A DNA stretch of 64,000 nt from Camelus ferus (lineage: Eukaryota). The notes under the pieces are model-generated. The model saw only the letters and a list, made by a program, of their open reading frames with translations. It was not told where the DNA came from and did not search any database. Below are positions 25,401 through 39,800 of the stretch, one piece after another (the stretch's first letter is position 1; each line of letters opens with the position of its first letter). Made by a program: the position numbers and the translations under genes. The stretch is from positions 51,400,001-51,464,000 of the forward strand of contig NC_045696.1 in the NCBI RefSeq assembly GCF_009834535.1, written 5' to 3'.

Positions 25401-28400
25401 GTTTTCCACTTACAGAGGGCCAAGTACACAGTACACACTCAGAAATATTGCTGAATAAATGAATGAATAAATGAATGCAAGTGGCCTTCAAGATGATTTA
25501 ATGTTTTAAAAACTGCTCCACAGAGGTATTTGTAGGGATTTTATCATAACATTTTTTTTTAAATTTGTTTTTCGTTTTGATGGGATTTTCTAATAACTAA
25601 TATAAGTATATTGTGTCTTACCTGAATGACCATTGTAACCAAGATTATATTTATGATTGAGCTGGTGTCTAGTGATCTTCTAAAAGTGACAATATTTAAC
25701 TTCAAATGCATTATATCTGAAACTAAAGGACTGGGGACACAGTTCTGAGAGTACTTAGGAAATCTCAGGTTTGAGAACTCTGATCTAGTACAGCTTGTCC
25801 CCATTTCTCAGATTTGGAAATTCATTCCTATAGAAGGAAAGTGATTCTTTCAAAACTGTGTATTAGTGAGTGTATTTTTCGGCTCTCTCTGCAAACTTTT
25901 ATCACGACCTCCATGACTGACATGAAAAACACTGGGTTCCTTTGGATCTGGCTGGCGGAGCCCTCCACTCCCAGATGGCAGGACAGAACCTAATTCTCCA
26001 CACACCGGGCAGTGCCAGCTTCTTGGTTCTCTAATCTCATTGTGGTCACCACTCTTCCTTCTTTTGTCCTTGGAGCCTTCTCAGAACTTGAATTTGCCAT
26101 AGGCAACTTTAAAGCTATTATCCATTAAAAAAAATCATTTACAGCAGGAATCTGTAACTGCTACATGAGGCCTGTGTAAGAGTGGTTAATTAATTATACA
26201 GAGATTAGACAAGGCTCAGACCTTCATCATTATGGGCTTTTGAAGTTTCATTCCTAATATTTACTTGGCTGTGGTGTTCAGGGAGAAGAATACTGGTCTT
26301 TTATTTAACACCTTCAGGCCCCACTCCACACATGGCTTGCTTGGGGAGGCAGGGCTGGCTTGAATTGGAAGAACAAGAGTCACAGATCATGAAATTGTCT
26401 TGGCTTTTCCCACACTTAGTGGCAAATAGGCACTTAAAAGTCTCCCATTAACCTCCCTTGGCTCTGCGCATACCTGTTACCATGATGCGCTCCCTGTTCC
26501 CTCTAATGCAGGTGGTTCTGGGTGGTATCTTTATAACACATACATCCAAGAGTCATTGGCTCCAATCATCGGGATCCAGCCAATAGTCATGTGCTTTCTG
26601 AATATCATTAGATAGTTCCTATTCTGAAGCTCAAATCAGATAGGATCTCAGATCTGTTGTTTAGTATAGATACAACTGTGGGACTGGGGATAGATTCCAT
26701 TTGAGGGTAGAAGTGAAATCAAGTCAAGCCAATGTCTTGAGAAAAGATCTCTTAATCTTTTCCTACAATCAGAGGTATGGCTTACTTACCATTTTCCCTG
26801 TGGCATCTGATGGAAATCTGGCCCTTATTGAAAACTGCCGAATGGGGTGCAGCCGCAGACAGGAGGACTAGGGTGGGTTGAATGGGAAACAGTTGTGGGT
26901 TAAGCTCTACGTAGTTGGGTCATTCAGATGACAATGCTTTGAATACAATATATTCATATCCTCAGCTTTGGGTCCTGACCTCCTGTTTCAGGGGGACCAA
27001 TATTCTTATTCTACACAAGCCTTGGGATTTGAGTTTAAGACACTGACTCTGACTCAAGTCATCATAGGTTGATCAAGACATCCAATTTGGACCTGCCTTC
27101 AAGATCAAACTCAGTTTTTACTCTGTCTATGAAGCCCTTGAACATATTGACTTCTATTATCTCATAACCTCACCAGAATTTAATATTTAGCTGCTTAATT
27201 GTCTTCATCTCACATTTGGCAAACATCCCATTCAGTTTTAGGCTGCTCATTAACCTTGGCTGGAGGTGTGTTTTATTTGTTTGTCTAGGATTCCAAGCTG
27301 TATAATATTCCTTCTGTTTCTTTCCTAGCAAATTTCAAGTGATTGGCAATCATCCATTCATGCTTCAAGTACATCTTAAAGTGTTTGCCAGGCACGGGAA
27401 TAAGCAGAATTTACAACCCAAGCAATTGGAAGATTTCCACGACCTTCCTTTTCAGAGTCTCGAAAGATCTAATAAAATCTGTCATCAGCACCCCATCCCA
27501 CCAGCTGGTTAGGGTTTTGGCACAGAGGCAGAGTAAGGAAAAGAAGTTTCAGTGGATACCCAGTGATTCTTGATATGAATGGTCTGGCCAAAAAGCCATT
27601 TCTGGGAACCCACCAGCAGTGAATGGTAAAGCTGCCGCACTAAAACTTCATACCTGTGTGACATCTGAACTGCGGGCCATTTGGGGGCCATGGAAGACTT
27701 TGGAGGGAAGTAGAACAAGCCCAGAAACTATCCTATCAATTTACCAAGTAAAGTGTGCTCTAGGCAAGACTATCAACGCACTTTTGAGATTGGATTTCCT
27801 ACTTCTAAAGCACAGCCAATGCCTGCAGATTAAAAGGTGGGTGTCAAACGTGTGTCCCCAGTGTAGCAGTACAGGCAAGGACATGCACTGCTGGACACAA
27901 GTCGGGGAGGCCTGGGGCTGGGTGCTGTCTTCCTTCCTGCCCCTCCAGGGTGCTTACCTGCTGGGGGAAGCCAGGCCTGACACTGAGGCACTGACTGTTC
28001 TGTCGAGTGAGGATCCGTTTCCGTCTCCTCTGTCTCAACACCACATAGATCCTGGCATAGACGAGGACAGTCACTCCAAAGGGCAAGTAGAAGGACACCA
28101 CTGACGAGTAGAGGACAAAGTCGGGGTTGGAGATGGAGCAGACGCTGGGGTCCCCTGTGAGTGAGAGAAGGGGAGAAAGCAAAGCCGTCGGCCAAGTAGG
28201 GACCTCAGCAGGGAGCACAAAACATGGCGTCTCCACCACCTAATCTACATGGAGCATTGAGAAGCACTGGGGGCCGGTCCCATCTACCCCATCTTCATGT
28301 CCCAGGTTATGTGCTGCCTCCTCCATGGAGGCTTCCTTGCTTGAGTTTCTCAGTCAGAAGCAACTCTCACTTCCTTTATGTCCCACAGCCCTTTACTTTT

Positions 28401-29276
28401 GCCACTTTTGTGTGTTTAAGTTGTGAGGGTGGGGGTAGGGGACAGTCTCAGACACCTACAATGTCAACTTGCTGAGGATACGAGGTCTCATTCATCATTG
28501 TGCAGCTCACAGGTCACTTAAAAAGAAAATTTACCAGTGATTATATGCCAGACACTGCTCTACACTGGGGCTGCAAAGATGAATAAGATATGGTGTCCGC
28601 CCTTGAAGGAGCTCACGGTCTAGACAGACAGATGATCCCTTCCGCATACTGTGCTAAGTGTCACAGAGGAACGTGGCCTGGGGCGCTGGGTGGAGGGCCA
28701 CAGAGCAGCTGACCAGAGGCTCCCTGGAGGGCTGGAGCTCCCAGTAAAGGGCCTGCTGGTGTGGAGGCATCAAAGGATGGGTGAATGCAATGAAAGAAAG
28801 GAGAAAGACTTCTTTGCTGAGAATGCCAGGTCTCCAATTGTGAATCCCAATTGTGGGGCAGGTGGTGGCTGAATGTAGGCAATTCTATTTTTCAGAGAAT
28901 CCCAGTTATGCTCAGGAGTGCGATGGGAAAAGAGCCAGTGAACATATTGTCATCGTGGACAATGTGAATTGAGTTGTGTCCTTGTCCTTGCTTTATGTCC
29001 TGAAATGCTCCTGCCACTCTTCCTGAGGAGGTCCCTGGAGCCTTTTCTTCTGAACTCTATATTTTACACACTAACTACTACTTTAAAAAAAAACAGGAGC
29101 AAAAGTAGGTATAGCATGCTTCCATCTGTGTAAAAATCGACACACACACACACACACACACTCACAGGTGTGCTGCATGAGTGTGTGTATGTACTTGTTT
29201 CAAGTGTTATCTTTTAAGAATATTGGTGTTTACTTTTAGGGAGGGAGACAGGGGAACTGGTAATCTACATGTAAGG

Positions 29277-29308
<32 letters not shown>

Positions 29309-32300
29309 CTCATTACACCTTATGTTTTATCATGTGCCAGTATTTATTTTTCCATTAAAAATATTGAAAGCATATGTCTGAAAAACGGAAAGTGAAGAGA
29401 GAACACAGAGCTATTTTGGGATCGCTGATCAAAGGAAGGCCCTCGATATACAATCACTGAACCCGCGCTGTCATCCCTTCCTTCCTCCCCTACATAAAAA
29501 ACTGCTGCTTGTCCTTAGACTGAGTTTTGCAGCCTCTCCTGTGCATCCCATGAGGCTTGTCAGTAGGCGGAGTGACACTGGGCAGTGAGTGGGGCCCTGC
29601 CCCAACCTTCAGTGACCTGGCCTGGCCTGGGTGTGTGTCCTGCGGGCAGGGCAGAGTGAAGCACCACACATGGCAATTCTGAAAGCTTCTCTCTGCTGAT
29701 TCCCCAGGGAAGTGGCAAGGGCAGTGAGGCACCCAGGAGCTATGCTTCTCCAGGAGATGAGGTACCTGGTCCTAATTATTTAACTGAAACAGCACAGTGC
29801 TGTCAGCACCATGGTCATTGAATGAATATATGAAAGATGAATAAATGAGCCAAGTGTACAGATGAGCATTTAGTTAAGCAGTCACTAGCTGATAATGGGG
29901 AAGGCCGGTAGGGGGACTCCCCATTCTCTGAGATTGGGATGTTTGTCCCAGTGAATCACAGCAGTTAAGGAGGAAAAAATGATGACGAGGACCCATCCAC
30001 GTACTCATTCAACACACGCTTACAGAGTACCTGCTGTATTCCAGGCACTGTGCTGGGTGGTAAAACACCAAATATCTTTTGTGGGCTAGCCTAGGAACTC
30101 AGGTCCTGCAGTGACGTGAACGGCAAGGCCACAAGCAAGTTAACTTGAGAGATTCATGAACTTCTGGCTCTTTGAAGGATTTGTCCTCAACTTGTTTCCA
30201 AGATAGGAGATCCTGATGAATTTGATTTTACAATAAGCCTTTTAACTTTGTGCTTCTCAACCAAGCCCCACCACACCCAGCTCCAGTGTTCTGAAAGCCA
30301 GGTGAGGCGTTCTGTTGCTAAAATCTAAAAAGCCATCCTCTGTTTCCTTGTTTCCAAGGAAAATTAAGGCAGTTGATAAGACTTTAAGTTTTCCTGTCCT
30401 TGAAAGTTTCTTAAACCCTCGTCACCAGCTATTGCTTATCCATTCTGGAATTTTTAATAACACAATAGCTACCTGATTTAGCAGAAATTTTTATTTTTAA
30501 ATTTTTTTATTGAAGTATAGTCAGTTACAATGTGTCAATTTCTGGTGTACAGCAGAATGTTTCAGTCATGCATATACATACATATATTTGTTTTCATATT
30601 CTTTTTTATTGTAGGTATTGAATATGGTTCCCTGAGCTATACAGAAAAACACTGTTTTATATCTATTTTACATATAGTAGTTAGTATCTGCAAATCTCGA
30701 ACTCTCAATTTATCCCTTCCTACCTCCTTTCCCCCAGTAACCATGTTTGTTTACTATGTCTGTGAGTCTGATTTAGCAGAAATTTAAATACTAGTTATTT
30801 TTCTTATCTGTGAAATGAAAGGGTCAGTGACCTTTAGGGTTTCCTCTAGTATTACCACTCCATCCTCCGCTGCCATGAGGGGCTCTTGATGTGATATTTG
30901 GCTCCTGATGGCTGGGCCTCTGCTGGGAGTGGGGGCAACACGGGTCAGCCAGACCCCAAGGCCTTGGAACTCTCTGTGACCCAAGATCCTGCCTTCTGTG
31001 TGTGCGCCCAGAAAGGCATGTCACTCTTTTCTTAGACAATAAGAGTGATTCCAAGTTGGAAGAAACTGAAGTTCAACTTTGCTCTGCCTCATGCGCTCTG
31101 ACAATTCACAATCCCCCTGGCAGCCCATTTCATAAAGAGAAGAGCTATGCCAGGAAGTTCTGTTTTGTGTCGCACTTAGTGAACATCCAGCCACTGGTGT
31201 TGTTGGCAGAATCCTGCCCTTTCCTCCTCTACTTTTCATGAAGGGAGTAGGAAAAAAATGGCTGAGAGAAGTCATTTATATTGGGCTTTCGAATGAAGTA
31301 GGGAACTTCCTTACAGATGCAAGAGGTGCTCGAGGAATCCACATCCATCAAGATAATGAAGCTATGCTGTGAAGGTCGGACTGAGGCAGAGCAGGACTGG
31401 GCTCACGAGTCCTGCTCGCAAATTCCCTGAACTGCATTCTGGGGTGGGACTACCAGGCTCCTTTCTGACCACCAGCAGAGCTACCACTGTTTAGATTGTC
31501 CTTGGAGCAGGGGCATAGTTAAATGTGGAGGCAGAGGAACCTTTTCTTATACATAATAATAACAACAATAACACTAGCTAATATCTATCGGGTTTTTTAC
31601 AATGGACCTGACACTTTAACACAGTATATGAATAAGTGGAGAGCTTAATCTAGTTAGTGCCTCTAAAAGTACTGGATTTGCAGATACTAACTACTATGCA
31701 TAAAATAGATAAACAACAAGGTCCTACTGTATAGCATAGGGGACTATATTCAATAACTTGTAATAACCTATAATGGAAAAGAATATGAAAAGGAATACAT
31801 ATATGTATATATGTATAACTAAATCACTGCTATGCACCAAAAATGAACACAACATTGTAAATCAACTATAATTCAATAAAAATTTTTTAATTAAAAAATA
31901 AATAAATAAATAAAAGTAAAGGAGAGAGAGATGAGAGAGAAGTGAGCCTGTATGTGCTAAGTCACAAGCCTTTTTTGCCTTCTCAATTCTATTTGAAAAT
32001 TCTTTTGGAAAGATTTTTCTGAATTTTGTTTCTGGAACAATGATCTCACTGGTGGCAACAACACTGCAAGTAGTTCATCATTCTCCTTCACTTTATATGT
32101 TGACATTAACTGGGAACCCTGTCTAACGTCAGATTTTGAGACTAAATGTTACCAGCATGTGTGTATGTCTGTGTCTGTGAGCATGAGTAAGGCCACCCCC
32201 GTCAGCCTCCAAGAATGAGTAAGAGGAATCACACAGCCCAGTGAACGTTGGTGGGGGTTTGCTGCTGGCCGGGGTGAGGACTGCCTCAGTCTATCAGTGG

Positions 32301-35300
32301 TAGTAAGTGCCCTGTACTACAAATTCTAACTTAGAATGCATTTTCTTCCAGAAACAAGGATATAGAAGGTGGCTTAGTTATCAGACTAACCCAAAAAGCC
32401 CATTTAGAGTCATCAAAATGGCATTTTAGTGCCAGAGTCAGCCTCTCTAGTGGTGTTTGAGAATGTTGCGTTGGTGTGATGCACACGCATGTTTGTGTGT
32501 ATAACGTGTCATTGCTGAGTGGTAATGGTAAGTGGCACTGAGTCATGCAAAGACAATAATGGCATATTTTAGGGACACTTTGAGTTAGCCAGGCAACTAT
32601 TTGTTGGATAACTTGGCTACTTAACCTCTAATGTGGCAGAGAAACAAGTCTGACCTTGAGCAGGTGGTATGTGCTTGGCACGTCTATGTGTGTTATCCCA
32701 AATTAATCCTCACTTAATTGTAAAAAAAAGCTCTGTGAAGGAGGCAGAGGGAAATTATACCCTATGTAGGCTTAGATTCTAAAGTCAATGATTAAAACGA
32801 AAATTATATAGAGTCAAAATTCAATTAGTAAGTCCCCTCAATCACATAAAGATTTACAGGGTTTGATTACAACCTTGAACAGTAACAAGTAAAGCTGTAT
32901 GACACATGCAGTAAGATGTCAAGTATTATAAAGAGTTAAAAACATGTAATTTCACTTTTTTTTAAAATTATTTTTTTTTTGGGGGGGTGGTAATCAGGTT
33001 TATTTATTTACTTAAATGGAGGTACTGGGGATCGAACCCAGGACCTCGTGCATGCTAGGCAGCCACTCTACCACCGAGCTATACCCTCCCCTCAAACATG
33101 TAATTTTAGAGATGAAGTTGCTGGACTTATTTGCAGGAAGCCATATATAAAAATAAATGTTGAAAACTTCCTAACTAAATACATAGACTGAATCTACATA
33201 CTCGATTTTGCTCAGGTTTCTGGCCCGCTGTATTATCATTCCACATTTAGCAGTAGGGAAGTGTAACTCAGAAGTCAAGTAACTTGTTCAAGGGAGACAC
33301 AGCTGTTAAGTGGTGGAACTGGAGTTCGAATCTAGGTTTTTCTGACTCCAGAACCTCTGTCTTCCAAAATGGATTTTGACTTCTAAATAATTGTCCAGCA
33401 AATGCCTCTTTGAAGACAATTTATAAGTTAAGATTTGCCTGTATTTATACGTAATGTGTTACAATATAATATATCTGTGTAAACACAAGTACACAGCTAT
33501 GTGACTTGTACATATATACTAGAAATTTATGAACTTGGAACATAGGAAATGAATAAGCCACTTCAAACGGACAGAACAAGAAATCTACATGAACACCAGA
33601 ACATGAGTCCATTGGTTCTCAGTGAACACTCAGAGCTTATTGTCAACACCTACAACTTTACTGTATGTGCTAATAGTTTTCATTCAACACATGAAATTCC
33701 TGAGGTTGGAAGATCATGGTCATGGAACAGACACTGAAGGCACTGACCCTTATGAGGTGCAAATCTGGATCAGTGTCATAGCTAAAAATCCCAGACGTCT
33801 AGGTATACACAGTGTTCATCCATGTGTTCGTCCATCCATCCATCCATCCATCCAAAAGAAGATTTACTATGTGCCAAGTATCATGGCCAGAACTTTCATA
33901 TATTAAAAAATATAAAATACATCTTGCAATAATTTAGGAATTTATTATGCTAGAAATGATTCTTACTGAGTAAAAAGTTAGAAATGGATATCCCACTCCA
34001 GGGCTTTTATGATGTTATTTTGCATTGTAAATCCATTATGAATTATTGTTTTTTCACTAGCAAAACCTCACCTGAATTATTCATATAGCATAGCTTTTTA
34101 ACTGGCACATTTCTTCAAATGAATACAATGGCATTTCTTTCAAAATAGGAATAAGTCAGACGTTTCATTAATTAGGGCAGAACTTTATTCCTATGCCATT
34201 AACTGAAGAGGCTTTGCTTTCTGTTTTATTTATAATCAGTAAAGGCCAAAGCCTTGCAGTCTATAGCAACCTCATTTGATTACAAAGTGCCTTGACCAGG
34301 GGCCAGACATTTCAGCGCTGAGCACCACTCACAGCCACTCAGATGTGCTGTGACTCAAGCAGGCGTTGGAAGTGGGGGCATCATTGTTACCTGTAGTGTT
34401 GAAGCCAAAGAGGAGAGGGCAGGACACAGCAAAAGCCAGTACCCAGACGGCTGTGATCATGAGGGCCACGCGCCGACAGGAGCCCTGGCCTGTGCCATGT
34501 TGGTAGTGCACTGGCATGACCACTGCAGTGTACCTAGAAAAGGAAGGGGAGAGAGGATAGACGTGATGAGAGAGATTCAAAAGACAGGCTGAAAGAGATC
34601 ACTGGAGAAACAATCGGGTTGATATGTGCGGCAGGAGAAAAATAAGTTGGTTGGAGAAACGTAGAGAGAGGATATTTGAGTGAATATGGAAGAAAGATTG
34701 AGATAAGACAGATGACGAACTCATTGGGAAAGGTGAGCAGAGAAAGGAAGAAAGAATAAAAAGGTTAGCAGAGCAACACGAGGCTGTCGGAGAGCTTCTC
34801 TCCCCAGTGCTGGTTGACAGCCCAGCAGATCCCAGCCTTGTATTCACACACCCTTGACCCTGAAGTCTCTGGGGATGGTTTTGGTGCCTTCAATTTCTCC
34901 CACAGTTTTTCAGATAATGATGGAACTGTGCCCAAAGAGGATGTTTATCTCTGCTTGTACCATAACATTAATTCTAACCCTCATAGTGACAACTATTCCA
35001 AGTAGCAGAGATTTTGTAAGTAGAGATGAGTAATATCTAAGGAAGGCTTATTTTAAAATCAAGTTTTCATGCTGTCTTAGTCAGTTCAGGCTGCTATTTC
35101 AAAAATACCATAGACTGGGTGGCTTAAACAACAAATACTTATTTTTCACAGACCAGGAGGCTGGGAAGTCCCAGAGCAACGTGCCGGCAGATCTGGTGTC
35201 TGGCGAAAGCCCACTGCTTGGTTTGTAGACGGCTGTCTTCTTGCTGTGTTTTCACATGGTGGGAGGGATGAGGGAGCTTTCTGGGGTCTCTTTTAGTAGG

Positions 35301-36789
35301 GGACTAATCCCATTCATGAGAGTGGAGCCCTAATCACCACCCATAGGTCCCATCTCCTACTCCCATCACACTGGGGGTTAGGATTTTGAGGGGACACAAA
35401 ATTCAGCCTACAGCACAGGCCTTTACCTGGTCAAAGCATGGTTCCTTATTCTTATTGGATCTTGTCTTTTCTGTGGTATCTCCTCACATACATTTCCAGC
35501 TGCTTACTGGACTTACCTGAACAACTGTTCCATGGTTGTCTCAAACTGAAATTGTCTGAAACAGATGTAATTCCTTACATCTCTAAATCTGACTTTACTT
35601 CCTGCCTTTCTTCAAGACATCCACATCCAATACTTAGGCTTTTTTACTTTTCTTTGGCCCTTCCATGTCATTTGATCACCCATTCCTTTAACCTTTCATT
35701 CATTCAGTATTTATTGACTTCTTACTATACATCAGGCTCTGTTCTGGAAATATAGAGATGTGCAAATGGGACATTGCCTCTGTCCTTATCGAGCTTGGAG
35801 CTGAGTGGAGTGGAGGGAAAAACATGTTAATATAAAATGAAGAGTATTATGAAAGAAATAAGCTGGGTGGCATGTTTAAGGATAAGGGAGGCCGTAAGAA
35901 GGAGCAAAGCAACATAAGTGGATAGAGGAATGAGTGAGGCCAGAAGGCGCCAGCCATGAGTTAAGGCAGAAGAGCATTTTGGACAGAAGGATAGCAGGTC
36001 CTGTGAATGTGCCCATTATGGTGTCTTCCCCATTTATCCCTGCATTTCTTTTCTACCACCGTTCTCTATGATGGCCACAGCCCCCTGGCTGGTCTCCTGC
36101 AGCCAGATCCCAAAATAGATTTCATTATTCCCCTCCCTTACCCCGTGGCCCCCCAGTTGAAAACGGAGACGGGCAGGATTCTAAGATGGCCTCCCAAATT
36201 TATGCCCTGTAGAGCTAGAGGAACTCTGTGGTTAGATCACATAGCAGTAGATGGAGTTCATCAAAAAGGAGATTATCAGCAACCGAAACATCCATCAACA
36301 GAAAGATGTGGTACAAATATACACAATGGAATACTACCCACCGTAAAAAAGAATGAAATAGTGCCACTTGTAGCAACATAGATGGACCTAGAGATTATCA
36401 TACTAAATAAAGTAAGTCAGACAGAGAAAGACAAATACCATATAATACCACTTAAACATAGAATCTAAAAAATGATACAAATGAACTAATTTACAAAACA
36501 GAAATAGACTCACAGACATAGAAAACAAACTTATGGGTAACAAAGGGGAAAGGAGGGGAGGGATAAATTGGGAGTTTGGGATTAGTGGATAGAAACTACT
36601 ATATATAAAACAGATAAACAACAAGATCTTACTGTACAGCACAGGGAACTATATTCAGTATCTTATAATAACCTAAAATAAAAAAGAATATGAAAACGAA
36701 TATATATGTATAACTGAAATACTCTGCTGTACATCGGTAACTAATGCAACATTGTAAAATGAACTATATATCCAAAACAACAACAACAA

Positions 36790-36822
<33 letters not shown>

Positions 36823-39800
36823 GAAAAGGGAGATTATCCTGGGTGGGCTTGACCTAATCAGGCAAGCCCTTAAAAGGGACTGGGCCCTCTTTAATCCAGA
36901 GAGATTCAAAACATGAGAAATAATCCTGCTGGTGTTGAAGGGGCAAATGGCCATGTTTTGGAAAAGATCATTTGGCAGAGAACTGCAAAAGGCCTATAGA
37001 AGCTGAGAACGGCCCCTGGTTGACAACAGCCAAGGAGGTGGGGACCTCAGTCCTGTAACTGCCAGGAACTGAATTCCACTGACAACCAGAATGAGTTTGG
37101 AAGATGAAAACCCAAGTCAGCCTACATCTCGTTTTCGCCCCGAGAGACCCTGAGCAGAGAAGCTACCTACACTGTGCACAGATTTCTAACCTGTGAGGTA
37201 AAAAAATGGATACAGTTTCTCACTGCATTTGTGATCATTAGTTACACAGCAACAGAAGACAAATACAATGTCAATTCTTAGCCTTTCCCAACATGACCTC
37301 AACTTGCCTTGCCAACCTGACCTCCTGTTGGTCCCTGACACTTACTTATAACTGCAGCCAAACTGTCTAAGTGATGGGGAAACTTCAACAGCCTTTGTTC
37401 AATCCATTATCCCTTTTCCTTCCCTGGATAGCTCATTCCTTCCTTCCTTTCATCCCACATCAGCTCTTCAGTAACTTGCCCAGTCCTCTCCATCTTACAG
37501 AGACCTCTAACTCTGAATGCAGAGCACTCCTATCTAATCAATCACGTTTCCCTTCTGCATGCAGTTGTCTTGCCTCATTACTGAACTTGCCTCATGGCTG
37601 CAGAGAGATAGCCCCTGATATGATTTAAATTACATGATGGCTCAAATCATCTTATAGCCTTGGTATTCCATGTAGGTCTTTGCACAAAGCAAGTCTTAAG
37701 AAGCTGTTGACTGACTGCCTCGTGGATCCTGAAGGCCTCCTTCCCCATAAGAGAACAATGTTAACCCTATGCCAGCTCAAAGGAGCTAATATGTACAGCT
37801 GGGTCTAAGCATGCTCGATTTTTCATGTCTTCTCAGCATCCAGGGAACCTGGAGGCCAGATGCAGAGCAGGAGCCTCCTTAATCCTCTTGTGCACCTCAA
37901 GGCTTGAGGCTGAGGAAGGAAAGGACAGACCCTGGGCTGGAGCATGTGGGGCACTGCTCCCTGATGCCCCTCCTGTATGTGCCAGCTGCCTGAATTTTCT
38001 GTGTCTGACATCTGAACATCTGGCCTTAGAGTTCATGTGTTAACATTTGTATTCCCAAAAGAACAGCTGGAGGGCTGAGATGGAGGCAGACTCTGTGGAA
38101 CTTACCCTTGGCACCCTGATGGGTGACAGAGGTGGCTTCTTTCTCAAAAGAGAGAAATAGAGGTTCTTATTTAATAAGGTCAAATGAAGATCCCACTACC
38201 AACCCCAAGGGAAGCCCATGAGCATCCAGTTCCCTTCCCCTGGTGCACATACACTACCACTCCTCCCCTGAAGCCCTGACTTGGCAATGAAGGAGCAGGG
38301 CAAGTAGCACCTGACATTCTTCCGGGCCTCTCACTCACCCCAGGACTTTAGACTCTGCTGGGGCAGTGAGTTGGGGCTTCAAGTCAAATATGCTGACCAG
38401 AGCCTAGCCCTCAGCTGTGATCCCCGAGGTACCTCGGAGGAGAGGCTGAGCCTTGAGCCTGCAGCTGTCATGGCCAAACAGCTGTTGATGGTCGGGAAGG
38501 AAAGGTATGACCCTTCCTCCTGTTCAGACCTGCAGTTGGGCCCAGGCCTTCATTTGCATAATGGCCTTTGATGCAAAAGAACCTGACCATCCCATACCTT
38601 CAGTGGCCTGCTGCTTGATGGCTAACAACTGGCTCTCCAAGTGAAAAAAGCCCTAATTTATACCATTTGTCAACTTCTGTGGTACCAACACTCCCACCGT
38701 TGTCCATTTCAAGTTACACCTCAGGTTTAATAACTGGCTCAAAAAGCTCCCAGAATTGTGCCAGTCATCTCTCACCAGCCGTTTCGAGCTGACACCAAGC
38801 CCATCATTGAGAGCTGTGCACTTCCCTGAATCTGCTTTAATGTTCAGCAAAGGCTTGGAGGCTCCCACTAATTCAATGAGTCAGTGAGTATAGGGAGCAT
38901 TGGCTCCATTTTATAAAGGAGGAATCAGCCACAGAGAGGTTACCTGATGACCCCAAGGTCTCACAGCAGGTGGTGGCAGAGCCCCGGAGGCTAGGTCTCT
39001 TCTGGGTGCCTCACTCCCTCTAAAGGGCACTGTTAAGTCTCTGAGGCCTTGTGGGGACAAGGGCGTCTCCAGGAAAGGTGGCGCTGAAGGGTGGTTTATA
39101 CTCTGAGACCACCCGCGGCTGCCCAGAACGGAGCTTCTCCAATTAGCTTGATTCTATTAATTACCTAGGGGGTCCTGTTAAAAACACATTTCAAGGCCAC
39201 GCCCTTGGGCATTTTGTTCCACTCCAGAAGTGTGTATTTCTAACAAGCAAGTACATCTTACGATTAGACAAGTTCCAGAAAGTGCATTAGGGAAAACCTG
39301 TATCAAAAGTTCTTGTTCACTTGGGTAAGAAGTGAGAGATGAGATTACATTTACATTAATCTTTTTTCTCCTTATTTTAAACACACAATTAAACTTTTAG
39401 CATACATGAGGCCCCTCAATCGGCTCCCAGGGTTTTTCCCCCGCTAGGAAGTTTGCCATAGGGGCTGAGACCGAGGCTGTTCCGCAATTGGCCACCGGAG
39501 GGCACCAGAATGCAGCAAGAACGGCGCCAGCTCGGCGGGGTGAGAAGTTCACTGCTCACCTGCGGGCTCTCCAGGCCCGGTGGGGAGGCTGGGAGGGAAA
39601 GCTCGGCACCCCCAGCTTCCTGCAGCCCTGCAGGGACCCTGAATTCCCACTCAAGCGGACCGCTCAGCCTCTGGTCTCCTCCCCATGACCGGCCTCAGGC
39701 GAGGGCAGGGCTGGGCGTGGGCCGCGTGCGCTCACGCCTCTCTTCTCGCTCCAGCGCGCGTGCATTGCGCGCCGTCCCGGCCGCTCCCTCGTCAGGCCCC

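Noticed and set aside
33018..33092. tRNA gene
   Set aside because: The tRNA-like head is followed by a SINE body and A-rich tail and is flanked by a TSD.
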